This document shows, in pieces, positions 42,592 to 54,877 of a stretch of DNA of 64,000 bases (position 1 is its first letter; every line of letters begins with the position of its first letter). The position numbers and the translations under genes are program-made. Under the pieces are notes generated by a model, which was not told the origin of the DNA, ran no database searches, and saw only the letters and a list, made by a program, of their open reading frames with translations. The stretch is from Elsinoe ampelina (Eukaryota): positions 118,984-182,983 of the forward strand of contig ML992503.1 of assembly GCA_010093995.1 (NCBI GenBank), given 5' to 3'.

Positions 42592-42799
42592 TCGCAGAAG
42601 TGCTGCTTGTGGAGGAAGCAGCTAGACTCGCGACTGCCATTCCCTTGTCCCGGTGTGCAGCACATAATCAGATCTCATCTGTCTGCCCTGCTTTTCTGCT
42701 TCAGCACAACAACATCCAACACAACCAAGTTGCACTTCAAACACGGCTACTAAGACCAAGCCCTGCCATCACGTCAGGCATATCGACACCACCGAACTA

Positions 42800-43225
42800 A
42801 TGATGGCTTCGTTCACTTCCAACGTTCCCGATGCCGCTCTCATCAATGATTTGGAAGAGCAAGCAGCAGAGCATCAAAAGGCACTTGACCATGCCAAGGT
42901 GAGTCCAGCAGCAAACTTTGTTGAGCTCCAATTGCTGACGGCACCAGAATCCGAACCTTGCTGCTACCACTATCGGCAAGAAGATGGAGGAGCACCCAGA
43001 GTCCATCACGGCCAAGGTACACACAATTGATAGATTGTTCTGTCACTTCTGACTGACGTTGCTTAGGACGCCAGCACCATCAAGTCAGCAGAAGCCAAGT
43101 ACACCGGTGTCGCCCAGCCTTCAAAGGGGACCCTCTCGGCACACGCTGATCAGCTCGCATCCAACAACGCCAATGCAGCGAAAGCAGAAAAGTCGGTCCA
43201 CGGTTCTAGCGAGAAGAAGGCTTGA
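42800..43225 (+). CDS. Small SMP/LEA-like stress protein (3 exons; introns 42899-42947 and 43017-43066)
   Basis: Two canonical phase-0 introns with CTGAC branch sites; the product contains ITAKDASTIKSAEAKYTG...KGTLSAHADQLASNN, resembling the seed-maturation-protein repeat. Confidence 0.7.
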
Positions 43226-43372
43226 GCATTGGGAGGAAGCTCCAAGGGGTAGAAGGGGTTGGTAAGATGGAAGGGTGTTGACCACAAGTGTAGCTGAAGC
43301 ATCGGATCGGAAAGTATGAATTGTTAACATCGTTATATCTGGTCACTGTGATGTTTCCGCATCTGATAGTGG

Positions 43373-44509
43373 TCAAGTGCCCATGACGTACCCACTGGTA
43401 CAAATAGTGAGATCGCCGAAAAGCCATGGGTATTCGTACGTCTCCCACAAGCCGACCTTGACCTTACCAGGCTCTGCCAATATATCGGCAACCTGGTCCC
43501 GCCAAAGTTTGACCTTGTCCACCCACTTTTCCTGGTGTTCTGGTAGTATCATTTGCAGCCCATCTAGACCCTGACAAAGCATAACATTCTCCCACATTCT
43601 CTGCCTCCAGTCCCGCTCTCCAATATCAGCATGCCACTCCTCCTCTTCTCTATTAGGATCAAAGTCCCCTCCAGCCAGCTCCCTCAACTTCTTCCAGCAC
43701 GGCGTCCATCTCGAGCTCTTCAGTACCCACGTCATACCAAGAGCACTATTCCACTTGAGATCCGCCACGGTTCCCGGAGATTTCTGGTAGGGTCCCACAG
43801 GCTTCACATCCCTCCTCGGATCCATCGTCCCCCCTTCAGACCTCACTCCCCTCGCAAGAATCCTCCCACCCAACTCCATGGCAAAGTCAGGCATACAGTA
43901 CTTGATGAACTCCAACCTCGTCGCAACACTCAATCTCCTCTCATCCTTGGCTTCAGGGCTGAGAAACACCCCAAAATCCCCACCGAAAACCCCCCCGTAG
44001 ATGGCGAGGTGGAAGAACGTCTCATCCGCGTCGGCACAGATGGTGTAGGCGTCATCTACGCCACCGTCCCAGAAGTCTGCGGTGGAGCTCCATTGTGCGC
44101 CGACGCATTGGTCTATGATGTTCGTGATGGGATTGATGGTCGAGAAGCGAAGGGCGTGGAGTTCACGGATGCGAGGGAGGGTGAGGCCGCAGTGGGAGAG
44201 GCAGAGGGGGAGGAGGGCTTCGATGCCGGATTGGCATGTTTCTGCGAGGAGGGCTTCGTTGGCGGGGGAGAGGCGGGCCCAGGAGCCGAGTTGGGGGGCG
44301 AGGGCGGCGAGGAGGAAGTGGGGCGAGGGGCGGAAGAAGGTGGTTGATTGGGCGGCGCAGAGCTGGAGGATGGTGTTGGGGGAGGTGGAAGGGAGGAGGG
44401 AGTGGAGCTTGCGGTTGGTGGAGGAGAGGGAGGTGAAGTCTTCGATGTTGTGCAGGTAGCGGGGGAGAGAGAGGATGAGCTCGATGGGGAGGTCTGTGAG
44501 TCTGGCCAT
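43373..44509 (-). CDS. Hypothetical protein with an N-terminal F-box-like motif
   Basis: MARLTDLPIELILSL...L..LSST.R.L; 378-aa uninterrupted ORF. Confidence 0.75.
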   Translation of the reverse strand: MARLTDLPIELILSLPRYLHNIEDFTSLSSTNRKLHSLLPSTSPNTILQLCAAQSTTFFRPSPHFLLAALAPQLGSWARLSPANEALLAETCQSGIEALLPLCLSHCGLTLPRIRELHALRFSTINPITNIIDQCVGAQWSSTADFWDGGVDDAYTICADADETFFHLAIYGGVFGGDFGVFLSPEAKDERRLSVATRLEFIKYCMPDFAMELGGRILARGVRSEGGTMDPRRDVKPVGPYQKSPGTVADLKWNSALGMTWVLKSSRWTPCWKKLRELAGGDFDPNREEEEWHADIGERDWRQRMWENVMLCQGLDGLQMILPEHQEKWVDKVKLWRDQVADILAEPGKVKVGLWETYEYPWLFGDLTICTSGYVMGT

Positions 44510-45020
44510 GGCGGAAAAGAGTGAATACTTGCGGAGAATTATGAGATGAAGATGAGAGAATACTACCTTGTATTTGTGCTTGAACGTCAAGAGATGGATA
44601 GAGTCATTCGATGTTGGAGCTGGAAAGACGGCGGCTATGTCAGAGCCGCAGTCCCAAAACGAACACCGACCTGGCCCTCAGCCGCCTTGCCATCCACATC
44701 AACAAGAATTCGCATCCGTTCATGATTGGCCAGTCGTTCATCGCATTGTTCAGGAACAACAACTGTGAACAAAAAGTGATAACTTGTAGGTTGAAATGGG
44801 TGAGAAAAGTCCCTTATCTATTGCCGACTTGTATCTCCACGGAGCTCGAATCAGCCAATGACCTGATTGCATTACCTCTTACACCTCAACGACAATGCAT
44901 CAGACCTCGGACGTCATGATGGAGAGATCTGAGCTCTTTCCGAAGCTCATGCATTACTTGAGCTTGAATTGCTTCATTCTATCTTCCTACACACTCCCCA
45001 CCTAATCTCAAGCACAAAAC

Positions 45021-45921
45021 ATGGCCGGCCCATCCACCAACGGTACAGGCACAAACCTAGCTCCAGGCGAGACAGAAAGCCAACATTTCTCCCCCTACCG
45101 CAGCGATGGCAAATTGGTATGGTTCCTCACTCTCACATCCCCTTCCTCCCAAATTGACCCCCCCCCAGTACGGCTTCGTCTGCATCGTCACAAACGCCAC
45201 CTCCCCCATCGGCCAATCCATCATAACCGAACTCTCCACCCACGGCGCCGCCAGCATCTACGCCTGCACCCTCCCCTCCTCCCCCTCCTTCCCATCCCCG
45301 TCATCCACCCCCTCCCACCCCACCGGCCAAACCAAAATCATCCCCTACCCCTACCTCCCGACGGAAGAAGGCACCCTCCAACTCATCGACGACGTGCTCA
45401 ACGCCCACGGCCGACTCGACATCTGGACCACGATCGCCACATCCCCCGCTTCGGGACCCAAGAGTCTCTCCTCCACCACGCCGTCGCATCTATCCTCGTT
45501 GTTCGAGGCGAATGCCCTCGTGCCGTTTTACGCGCTCAAGTACGCGCCCCCCGCCATGGCCAAGCTGTGCATCAAAGGGAGTTACCCCAATGCTGCGCCC
45601 AAGGAGCAGAGGTACGGGAGTGTTATCGTTGTCGCGGGGATGGGGCCGGGGCCGACCGGGTGGGGCATGAGTTTCCAGGCGGGAATGGGGGTGGTCAAGG
45701 GTGGGGTGAGGGAGTTGATGGGGACCGGGGTGAGGGTGAATGGGATTCGGTATGCCGGGGTGGAAGGGGAGGAGGGGGTGGATGCGCGGGGGGAGGGGAG
45801 GAAGGGGAGGACCGAGGAGGTGGCGCGGGTGGCGGGGTTTTTGGCGAGCGGGTTTAGTGTGCATGTTACGGGGAGTGAGATTGTGGTTGATGGGGGGGCG
45901 AGCGCGATCGGTGGGTTTTGA
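45021..45921 (+). CDS. Atypical short-chain dehydrogenase/reductase (2 exons; intron 45117-45168)
   Basis: KL|YGFVCIVT...PIG, GRLDIW, GSVIVV, GVRVNGI, EEVARVAGFLAS....VTGSEIVVDGG. Confidence 0.85.
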
Positions 45922-46273
45922 TATAGTTTCTAGATTGTGGTATCCAATGATATTCAACGATATCCATCGTTTTTCAGGCTGATGTCGTGGCTTGTGGCTC
46001 CTTCCTGTATGTCAGGTGCCGTTCTCTGGACTTCTGTAAGCGTTCAAGTGGTTTACAACTGTAACCCCTCCTTGGAGACACTCCGGCACCCAGTGTCTAA
46101 ACTGTCCGCTCCTCGGTTCGGGTGTGCGGTCACAGTGTCTTCCGCACTTACAGCATCGTACACCTCTATTCTCGCGCGTGTGATGCCTCTTCGTCTGCAC
46201 CCTCTGCCGCTATCGGGGCGTCCCACTCATGGCCCGACCAGAAATACATCCTTCCATCCCAGCCTCTCCCCCT

Positions 46274-46882
46274 TCAAACCTCCTCCCTGCCTTTCCCACT
46301 CTCCCTCTCCCTCTCCCTCTCCTCCCTCTCCCTCCTCCTCCTCTCCCTCAACTCCTCCTCGTGTAAAATATCCTCAATCTTCTGCCCCACCGTCGGCTCC
46401 TTCTTCTTCCGCGGCACCAGATCCCTGTACTGCTCGCTCTGGAGGATCTCCTTCTTCTTGCGTTCTTGCAGCTTCCACTGCGATTTGCCGTCTATGCTGT
46501 AGGGGTTTTGAGAGGGGTAGCCTACGATCATGGCGCGCGAGACTTCGGGGAGGTTGCAGAGGGTTTCCCACCCCGTCTGGCATTCGGTGTGTTCGGAGAG
46601 GAGGTAGTCGCGTTTGCCGAAGGTGGAGTCGGTCTGTCAGGTGGGCGATTAGTAAAAGGTTCTTTCGGCGGTTGGGAAATTGGGAAGACGTACAGTGTAC
46701 CATTGTAACCGCAGCATTCCCGGCTCGACGTCGAGGACTACATCCCCTGTCCAGGCAGTCATGAGGTGCTTGGCGAACCGATTGATCGAGTCACGGACGA
46801 TACCGGCTTGTGGTTCTGGGTGCGAGTCGAAGAAGACGATGGGACGTTCGTCGAGGAGGCCGCGGCCTATGGTCGAGTACAT
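46274..46882 (-). CDS. Hypothetical protein (2 exons; intron 46634-46693)
   Basis: A GTACGT...CTAAT...CAG intron joins MYSTIG...QWYT to TDSTFGKRDY...EREERERESGKGREEV in frame. Confidence 0.6.
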
Positions 46883-47272
46883 GTTTGCTGAGAAATGGAT
46901 AGTAATGTTGTTCGAGAGTACCGCGGTGGTTTAGTAATTTCTAGTCTGTAGAGAAGATCAAGAAATGAATGAGTGATTTATTAATCAAGGTTGTTATAAG
47001 TTAGTCCGGCGTTGACTTGCGGCCCACACGGATGACCATGTGGGGTGCGTCTTCACTTGTGGCGGTGCGCTTGAGGCTGGTGGCGACGACATGGTCGACC
47101 CCTAAATCGTGTGCAGGCAGCAACGCAAAGCATAATATTCCTGGTCCTTGTATATACTGTCGTCGCTCTGTTGCATGCAAACCGTCTAATGCAAAATGCC
47201 GTCCCAATGCGTGTACGCTGACATAATCCAATGCATCCCATAGTCGTTCATGCCCTGACCGGTACCAAAACA

Positions 47273-50200
47273 TCATGGCCGGTTCGCCAGCTCCTTGATC
47301 AGCGGCACCAGCTTGCCAATTGAATATGGCTTACACACCACATCATCGAACCCAGCCTCCTTTGCCGTCGTCACCTGCTCATGTCTCGCATTGCCCGTCA
47401 CAGCGACCATGGGCACGTAGTCCAGCTTCTCATCCGCTTGCATCTCTCGAACATGCTTGACACATGTCAAGCCATCCATGACCGGCATTTCCAAGTCGCA
47501 AAGTACCACGCTGATGGGTGTCAAATCGGCATCTCGACTCCCCTTCCAGAGTTCGGACTTGCGTAGTCGTTCCAAAGCTTCCTCACCATTGTCTGCAGTG
47601 ACCGTCTGGAAGCCTGCTCTTTTGAGCTGTCGCACCAGTACAGTCTGGTTGATCTTGTTGTCCTCGACTACCAAGACAGTCACCTTCTTGTCGCTGTCCG
47701 TGCCGTCGGTGTCGACTGGATCAGCTTGTGAGATTGCGGACAAGACTGGGCTCTTGATCTCTTTTAACTTGTAGCCCGGGATCTCGGCAGCTGGCGATTT
47801 CGGGTTCATCCGTGCTTCTTCTAGTGACGAAGCAGACTCCGCGTTCGTCGGCATATAGCCCTGTACGTAGAAAGCGAATGTACTTCCTTCTTCCACCGCC
47901 GACTTGAGTCCAATCTCTCCTCCATGCAGCTCAGCCAATTCCCTCGAGATGAAGAGACCAAGCCCAGAACCTCCATACTGAGTATGCGTCCGCGGAGAAG
48001 CCTGTTTGAAACGACCAAAGAGCTTATTAGACTCTTCCGGCGTCATACCAGGGCCAGTGTCAACAATCGAGTAGTACATGTAGACAATCTGATGATCAGC
48101 CCATCCTGGCAGACTCTCGAGGCTGTTCTTCCGCCGATTGCCAGATGGAAACCATGCTACCTCGAGCGAAGGAGGTCTCTCGGTCGAATTTTTGCAATTG
48201 ATCTGAAGCCGCCGGTGTGGTCTACCTTTCAAGAACTTGACTGCGTTACCGATAAGGTTGATGAGGACTTGAAGTACTCGACCAGCATCCATCATGACGT
48301 TTCCGTTGGTGAAGCTATCCCTCTGATTGAATGAGACATCGATGTTGGAGGCTCGAAGTTCACTATTGTAGATCTGTACGGCTTGTCGGGCTACAGACAT
48401 TGGTTGTGCTTCAGTGGGGGCAAGCGTGAGCAGATTCGAGTCGAGTTTCGAGATAGTCAGGACATCGTCGATGATTTGTTTCTGGTGGTGACCGCAGTAT
48501 AGAATTGTGTTGACTGCATCGAGTGTCGCTGTCAATTCTTCCTCAGTCGGTGATCGAGACGTTCGTTGCGCAGCAGGGTCTATCAATTGAGACGCTTCCT
48601 CTGCACACTGTATGATCGCATTGAGTGGATTGCGCATCTCATGTGACACCATATCTGCAGCTTTGTCAGCCTTGTTCTTTCGATTGAGACAAGTTGGTTT
48701 TACCCATGAAATTCTCTTGTGCTCGCTTTGCCTCCAGTGCATCAGTCAGTCGTGTAGCAACTTCCCTTTCATGAGCTCGATGTACAGTATTGTCGATAAT
48801 CACACCAGTCACCGATTTGAGGTTGCCGTCTTGATCCGTCTCAGCGAAACAAGATGAGCTGAGGTATCCGCAGTCGTCGTCATCGTCTACACTACCTGTC
48901 GTTGGGTTCCGGCGTACCCTGAACTCGAATTGGGCATGATTCGTAGCGTGGTAGGCAAGCATCTGCCACTTTTCATCCACCATCCAGAGGTCTTCCGGGT
49001 GGATGAAGGAGCGCCACAGCCGATCGCCTTTCGATTTGTAAGGTATACCAAGAAGCTCGTACCATGCTTGGTTTGCGAAGAGTATCTCCCCAGTTGGTCC
49101 AAATGTGTAGACACCCACCTAAGCAAGTCAGCAAAGCGTCCATGGGATGACTGTGGAAAGATTACTGGTGCATGTTCGGCAAAGCCCATGAATTGCATGG
49201 CGCTCTTCTCGGCCTCCCTGCGCTGCTGCGCTAGCTCTTTGGAGAGCCTCTGTTTTTCCAAGTGAGCCTCTTCGACCGAGCTTTCCATATGTTTTCTTTC
49301 CTCCTCCAGCATGACCAGTGAGGATGCAGCCGTTTCAATTTGCCGAGCGAGCAGGCTGATAAAAGCCTGGTAGTCTTTATTAAAAGGTCTGTGGTCTTGC
49401 ACACCAAACACAACCCAGGCTTCTTGGCGCGCAGATGAGAGGTGAAGAGGGACAACCAGAGCCCTCGATTCCTCCGCTAGAGGTGCCGTCTCGTCCAGCT
49501 GGGACGGTTGTTGCTTCCAGAGGTCTGCTGTGCGAAGCACAGTGCGAAGCACAGAGGGATCGGAAGAGACCATAGATCGTTTCATGGCGAGAGCGATGCC
49601 GGTTGTCTCGGACAAGTCGATTGAAGGCGGCCAGGCACCTGACTCGTGCTGCCGCCCTATTGTACCTTCGCAAATGAGTTTCTCTTCGTCGCGCGAAGGA
49701 GTACCCTTGTTAGGATCTTGTGAAGCGAGGAATCCACCACGAGAATATACTGCGGCGAAAGGGACTTCAGAGCCCGCGAATTCAAAGGAGTGGAGCACGC
49801 TGTCCCAGAATGAAGCCAGTGATGTTGCTGACGATGTGGCCTCTCCAATTTGTAACAGGTTTGCCATCCGACGCTGCGAAATTATGTGTCCGCTCGCTTC
49901 GACTGCACTGTTATAGACACCCAGGACACGACCTTCCGAATCCTTGATCGGAATGAATAAATAGGAGAAAGAAGCCTCCTCCATGCCGTGGTCTGATCTT
50001 TTGAGCGTGGTCGAAGCGTTCTGATGTCCTCTGGTCTGACCGGTGAACTCGACATCTTTGACAAGGGCTTCAAAGAATGGCCAAAAGGCAGCAAAAGGAA
50101 GCTTTGCTGATCTTCCCATGGCCGCCGGGTGCAGCGCCCCGATCAGGGTGGGATATGCTTCGTTGTACAGCATGCTGCGTTGCGAACCCCAGTGTATGAC

Positions 50201-50761
50201 GACTGGATCTGGTGAAGAAAGCGCCATGGATACAGTGTCGCATATCTCTGGTGACCATGAATCCGGATGTCCGTAAGCTGTAGCGCTCCAGTCGACGCTG
50301 TTGAGGAGTCGGTAGTGTTCTTCGGAGATGCATCCTGAATCGCGTGCTATATCGAACTCATTTCTGCGATGGGAGTCTGTGAAGCGTTGAGTGGCAGGCG
50401 TGCCAGTGAAGATCCGCCACCGGTCCTGGTATACGTTGAGGTACCAATCGATTTCCTGGTAGTTGTGTACAGCTCCAGGTTGAGCGCGATGGATATATTG
50501 AAGCCATTCCGAACTCGAGTCGTGGCTTCCTACGTGACCATTCGTATCAGCAGTAGAGTTGAATAAAGAAGAGTGGGCAAGGTAAGCTTGATTCGCAAAC
50601 TTTGGGACGAGGCGTAGACGATTTGTTTGTGCCGTCGATTTAGTACTTGATGTGGGTGTATCTATAACAAACACCGGTCGTGAGTCTGCTGCGAGGTACC
50701 CAAGAAGGTCAGCCTGTCGTAAACCCTCTTCCGAGCTGTCAGCGGAGATCCGAGAGGCCAT
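47273..50761 (-). CDS. Hybrid sensor histidine kinase (PAS/GAF-like, HisKA, HATPase, receiver; introns 49119-49165 and 48655-48703)
   Basis: H-box FMDMVSHEMRNPL after splicing, N-box QVLINLIGNAVKF, DTGPG, GGSGLGL; receiver VLVVEDN, DLEMPVMDG, KP. Confidence 0.95.
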
Positions 50762-51664
50762 GTGCGGCCTTCATTAGATGCGGATAGGTGGAAACAGTGT
50801 TGAACGCTGAAGGTTTGCGGCTCCACGGCAGGTCGGAGGGTCCAAGGGGTCAATGGGAGTCGAGAAGGGGCACTGCACTTGACGCGGGATCTGCGGTTGT
50901 CCTTCGATTGCTTTCCTGGCATTCTGGAACGCTTCGATCGCGATGCGGGAAGCACAGTTCGCGGGTGAGACGTCAGAGACGGACTCTGCTCAAAGAAAGA
51001 TAGAGAGGCGAATTCTGTCCCAATCACAGATACATTCTCCAGATCCAGATGGAATCAAGTAACCTTGAAATTGTGGTGATTATTCTGAGTTCTGCCACAG
51101 CGGGCTACAGCGATGATCGACGGCGGATTAACATTGACCATCATTTTGTCGTACCACGCCTCAAACCTGGCTTGAACAGTATCGATTCCAGGCCGGTAGG
51201 TCAAGGGGAAGTTTGTGAAGCGTATACAGCAGTTACTTCCCTTCCTACATGGCCGCGAAGATCCGAAGTGGCCTGAAGACTACAAAGTCAAACAGGTAGG
51301 TTGAAAATAGTCGTACAAGTATGCAGTACATAACAGGATAGCCCACGCCCTCCTCAACAGCTACGTAGTTGACGAATGGCTCCAGATCCTCGTAGTACCA
51401 ATCCACGAGTAGGTCTGGGTCGCAGACAATGGCGAGAGGAGGTGGTATAGTTTGCAATATAACGTCGTATGGGGTTTTCCATAGTGTCGGTTTCTGTGCA
51501 GGCACACAAGTAGCATGATGGCATATGCGTTGAGAAAGACGAAAGCTGCCACGATGAAATTTTCCAGAGCAGAAGTAAATCCAAAGATTCAAAGTTCGTA
51601 ACAAGAATGCATGAATATACACGTATCGCTATCATCACTCATTACACCCTTCCCAGCCGTCACC

Positions 51665-53695
51665 CTAATTCAATCCCCTCTTTTCATCCTCCTCACTTCC
51701 ACTCCCACTCCCACCCTTCTCCTCCGCCCCCACCTGCCCCTTCTCTTTGGCACTTATCCCCGGACTCCCCATGAGCGTACTACTCCCCTTTGTCCTCTGG
51801 AAGAACCCACTGAGTTCACTATGCCAATCCTCGCCCTCCTCACCCTCATCCCTCTTCTCCTTCTCCTCCGCCTTCCTCTTCTGCGCTCCCTCCCACTCAC
51901 TCCTCATCTCCTCGACGCGCTGCTCGTAGTCCTTCTGCGCATCGTAGTTGCGCCCTGCACCACGCCAACGTTCCCAGTACGACAAGTGGCGAGGGTGGAT
52001 CGCGATACCGTGGTAGTCCTCCTCGCGGCCGGCGCGGATGAAGGCCCAGCGGCGTTCTTGTTCTTTGAGGTCGAGACCGGTGGTGTCGGGGAGAAACAGA
52101 AAGGTGAGGATGAGACCGGCGAGGCCGAACCAGGGGACGACGTAGAATTTGGTTTGCGTGTCGATGTAGTTGTAGAGGACCGCGGCGAGGAGGGCGCCGA
52201 GTTTGCCGACCGCGGCGGAGAAGCCGTGTGCTGTGGCACGAATTGGGGTCGGGTAGACCTCAGCGGCGACGATGAACGTCACGGAGTTGGGTCCGAACTG
52301 GTTAAAGAATGAGGATATAAAGTAGAGGGCTTGAAAGGCGTGGACACCGCGGCGGGAGGTGAAGTAGGAGTAGTCGAAGGCTGGGATGATGAAGCAAATA
52401 AAATCCATTAGGAAGCCGACATTCATCATGGTACGGCGGCCGTAGAGCTTGTTGTCGATGAAGAAGGAGGCAAGGTAGTACCCACAAAGAGAGACGCCGA
52501 TGTTGATCAGGTTGTACAGCCAGCCGACCATGACAGACTTGTTGCCAGGAATGAGGACTGCAATAAATTCGTCCTGGAAGAGCTTGTTGCCGTAGAAGAA
52601 GACATCGTTGGCAAACCAGGCTCCTGCTGTTGCGAGAAGACGAGGTCCAAAGTATTTCAGAGTAAGCTTGAGGGACTGGCTATCGTAACCAGTGACCTTG
52701 GACTTCTTCTTTGCGAGTGCAAGCTGTTTCGAAGCAGATCGCATCTTGTAGGTACGGTAGTAGACGAGCCAGAGTGTGCCCACTGCCGGGATTGCGAAAG
52801 AAACTCGGAAAGTCCATTGAGCAGACAATTTCGAGTACGGTGGATTGCCAGATCCGTGATGGAAAATGAGGAGAAGGAGGATCAGAACGACTTGGTTCGA
52901 GAATTGACCCCATCCCTGCATCAGGAAAGCGGATGTGACCTTCCGGCCACGATGGAGACGATCATCCCGAGTCGATACTTTGCCAGATCCAACAGCATTC
53001 TCCATTCCAGAAGTAGCAGTCATCGGGTACTCTCCACCCACACCGATACCATAGAAGAATAACGACCAGACGTAGCAGATCACCCATCCGTTCAGAGTGA
53101 CACCCCAAGAAGCCGTAAGCATTAGCAGTCCAACAAACATGATCAAAGCATCCTGGATCAGACCCCAGCGTCGTCCAACCCAATCACCAATGATCCCCAC
53201 CAAAATCTGCCCAACAATAATACCACAAATCTCCAGATACTCGACCGACCGCACCCAAGTGAGATCGCAATCGGTCGGATTCTTCCCCCAACACGACGGG
53301 AAAACAGCAGCCAGCAACGGCTTGACATTTCCGATGGAAAACAAGACATACCCTTCCAGAAGCAGTCCAGCACCAGGAATCACCATGTTCCGGACATAGT
53401 AGCCAAGCGGACTAAGCGGGTCCTTCTTCATCATCGCCCAGATGGATCGAGTCTCCTTCTTCGCCTCCTGGCGGTCGACTTTGGAGACAAAAGCCATGCG
53501 TTGTCGGAGAGGCATGTCTGCCCAGTAAGTGCCGTTCTCGTCGTAGCTGTCGTCCGGTCGGAGCAGGCTTTGGAAGACGGTGGCTTCTTTCTCGCTCATG
53601 TGGGCAAAGTCGGCGAAATTGGCGGTAGCGACGTGTTGGCCGGTCATGTTGGGGCCGTGGGGTGCGGCAGCGCCGTAGTCTCGTATCGAATCCAT
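51665..53695 (-). CDS. MFS phosphate:H+ symporter-family transporter (Pho84-like)
   Basis: GIIGDWVGRR, GIGVGGEYP, MQGWG, FFNQFGPNSVTFIVAAEVYPT.IRATAHG.SAA.GK.GA; about 12 TM segments. Confidence 0.9.
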   Translation of the reverse strand: MDSIRDYGAAAPHGPNMTGQHVATANFADFAHMSEKEATVFQSLLRPDDSYDENGTYWADMPLRQRMAFVSKVDRQEAKKETRSIWAMMKKDPLSPLGYYVRNMVIPGAGLLLEGYVLFSIGNVKPLLAAVFPSCWGKNPTDCDLTWVRSVEYLEICGIIVGQILVGIIGDWVGRRWGLIQDALIMFVGLLMLTASWGVTLNGWVICYVWSLFFYGIGVGGEYPMTATSGMENAVGSGKVSTRDDRLHRGRKVTSAFLMQGWGQFSNQVVLILLLLIFHHGSGNPPYSKLSAQWTFRVSFAIPAVGTLWLVYYRTYKMRSASKQLALAKKKSKVTGYDSQSLKLTLKYFGPRLLATAGAWFANDVFFYGNKLFQDEFIAVLIPGNKSVMVGWLYNLINIGVSLCGYYLASFFIDNKLYGRRTMMNVGFLMDFICFIIPAFDYSYFTSRRGVHAFQALYFISSFFNQFGPNSVTFIVAAEVYPTPIRATAHGFSAAVGKLGALLAAVLYNYIDTQTKFYVVPWFGLAGLILTFLFLPDTTGLDLKEQERRWAFIRAGREEDYHGIAIHPRHLSYWERWRGAGRNYDAQKDYEQRVEEMRSEWEGAQKRKAEEKEKRDEGEEGEDWHSELSGFFQRTKGSSTLMGSPGISAKEKGQVGAEEKGGSGSGSEEDEKRGLN

Positions 53696-53996
53696 GATGG
53701 TGGGATATGACTGATGTGTAAAAACACTAGCAGTAAATAGTTATGTGGTGAGACCAGCACAATGGCTGGTGGGAGTAGACTAAAATGCCTGAAAGATGGC
53801 GGGAGGGAGCAAAGAAATACTAAGCCTGCTGGGAGGAGTTTGAAAAAAGCTTGTGGGGCTTGGGGTCTTGGGAGTGGATCATCAAAATGCCAACCGCGGA
53901 CGGCGCGGATCTCGCTCTTCTGTTCGGTCGAGTCCGATGAATCCGATTGATCTCGCAAGGGGATGTAAAAGATGGAATAGTCGACATCGAGGCTGC

Positions 53997-54446
53997 AACG
54001 TGGTGGAAAACGTGCTGCTTCTGTAGCTTTTGTCTGGACTTGCTACAGCTTCCATGACATGGAGGCGTATCAGATCCCATGATTGTAGGGCGGGAATACG
54101 TCAGATCTGGGAAGCTTCATCGACAAGGTTGACAGGTGGGAAAGGGTCCTCGGCCGTAATGCTATACATCTCGAATGCGTGCATCAGTTCTGTGCAGTGC
54201 CACAGAGTAGAGATGAATGGTCTCCCTTTCCGTGTGCTGCACCATCTCTATTCCAGAGACCGAGCAAAACCTCAATTATCTTCTCGATTCGTAATGAGGT
54301 CTCAGGCTCAAACTTGAGGCGAGCCACAAAGCGCCGAACAGCTTGGCCAGAAGTTGGTGACTTTGTCAAAAACCGCTGTTGCAACAGAGTTACAGAGGTA
54401 GATGAGGTTGTGGGCAGCCAATCAGAAGCTGAAAATGCACCACGTG
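53997..54446. promoter_or_regulatory. Putative Pho4/NUC-1/PalcA bHLH sites upstream of the phosphate transporter
   Basis: AACGTG (CACGTT) at 53997-54002 and 54009-54014; CACGTG at 54441-54446. Confidence 0.4.
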
Positions 54447-54877
54447 TACCAGGTCCAGAATCCTTCTGGTCCCTGGCCAGACGCGGCCCGTCGGGGAGTC
54501 GCGAGCATGTTGAGACTCGAGAGCGGGACAGGATCTTCACGGAATTCGCATGTCGTGAAAATACTGAAAGCTGGGGGGCCCGGCCCGAATTTCTCGGCGG
54601 TGGAGCTTGGACAAAGCATGATGGAGAGCTTAATTCGTGCCCTGCTTGATGACGATGGTCTGCCTGTAATTCGCCTGGTGCTGCAGAGCATGTCGCTTTT
54701 AACGCCTTGTATTGACCCTTGTCACGTCACGGATTTGATAGATGGGTCTCGAGTTGAGTTCATGATCATTATGCTCCCGTTGTAGAGCTCTGGTCTATGC
54801 TGCTGGTATCATCTTCGCTAATCTCATCCGTGACATTGCAAACCTCATGAACGCCCTTTTCTTCCTGCCGATGCATA

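Noticed and set aside
51245..51638. Short minus-strand ORFs between the histidine kinase and the MFS transporter
   Set aside because: No recognisable domain or convincing gene structure, although a small gene cannot be excluded.
40243..53695. PLC, histidine kinase and phosphate transporter as a functional signalling cluster
   Set aside because: They are interspersed with unrelated genes and show no shared regulatory signal; ordinary gene order is a sufficient explanation.
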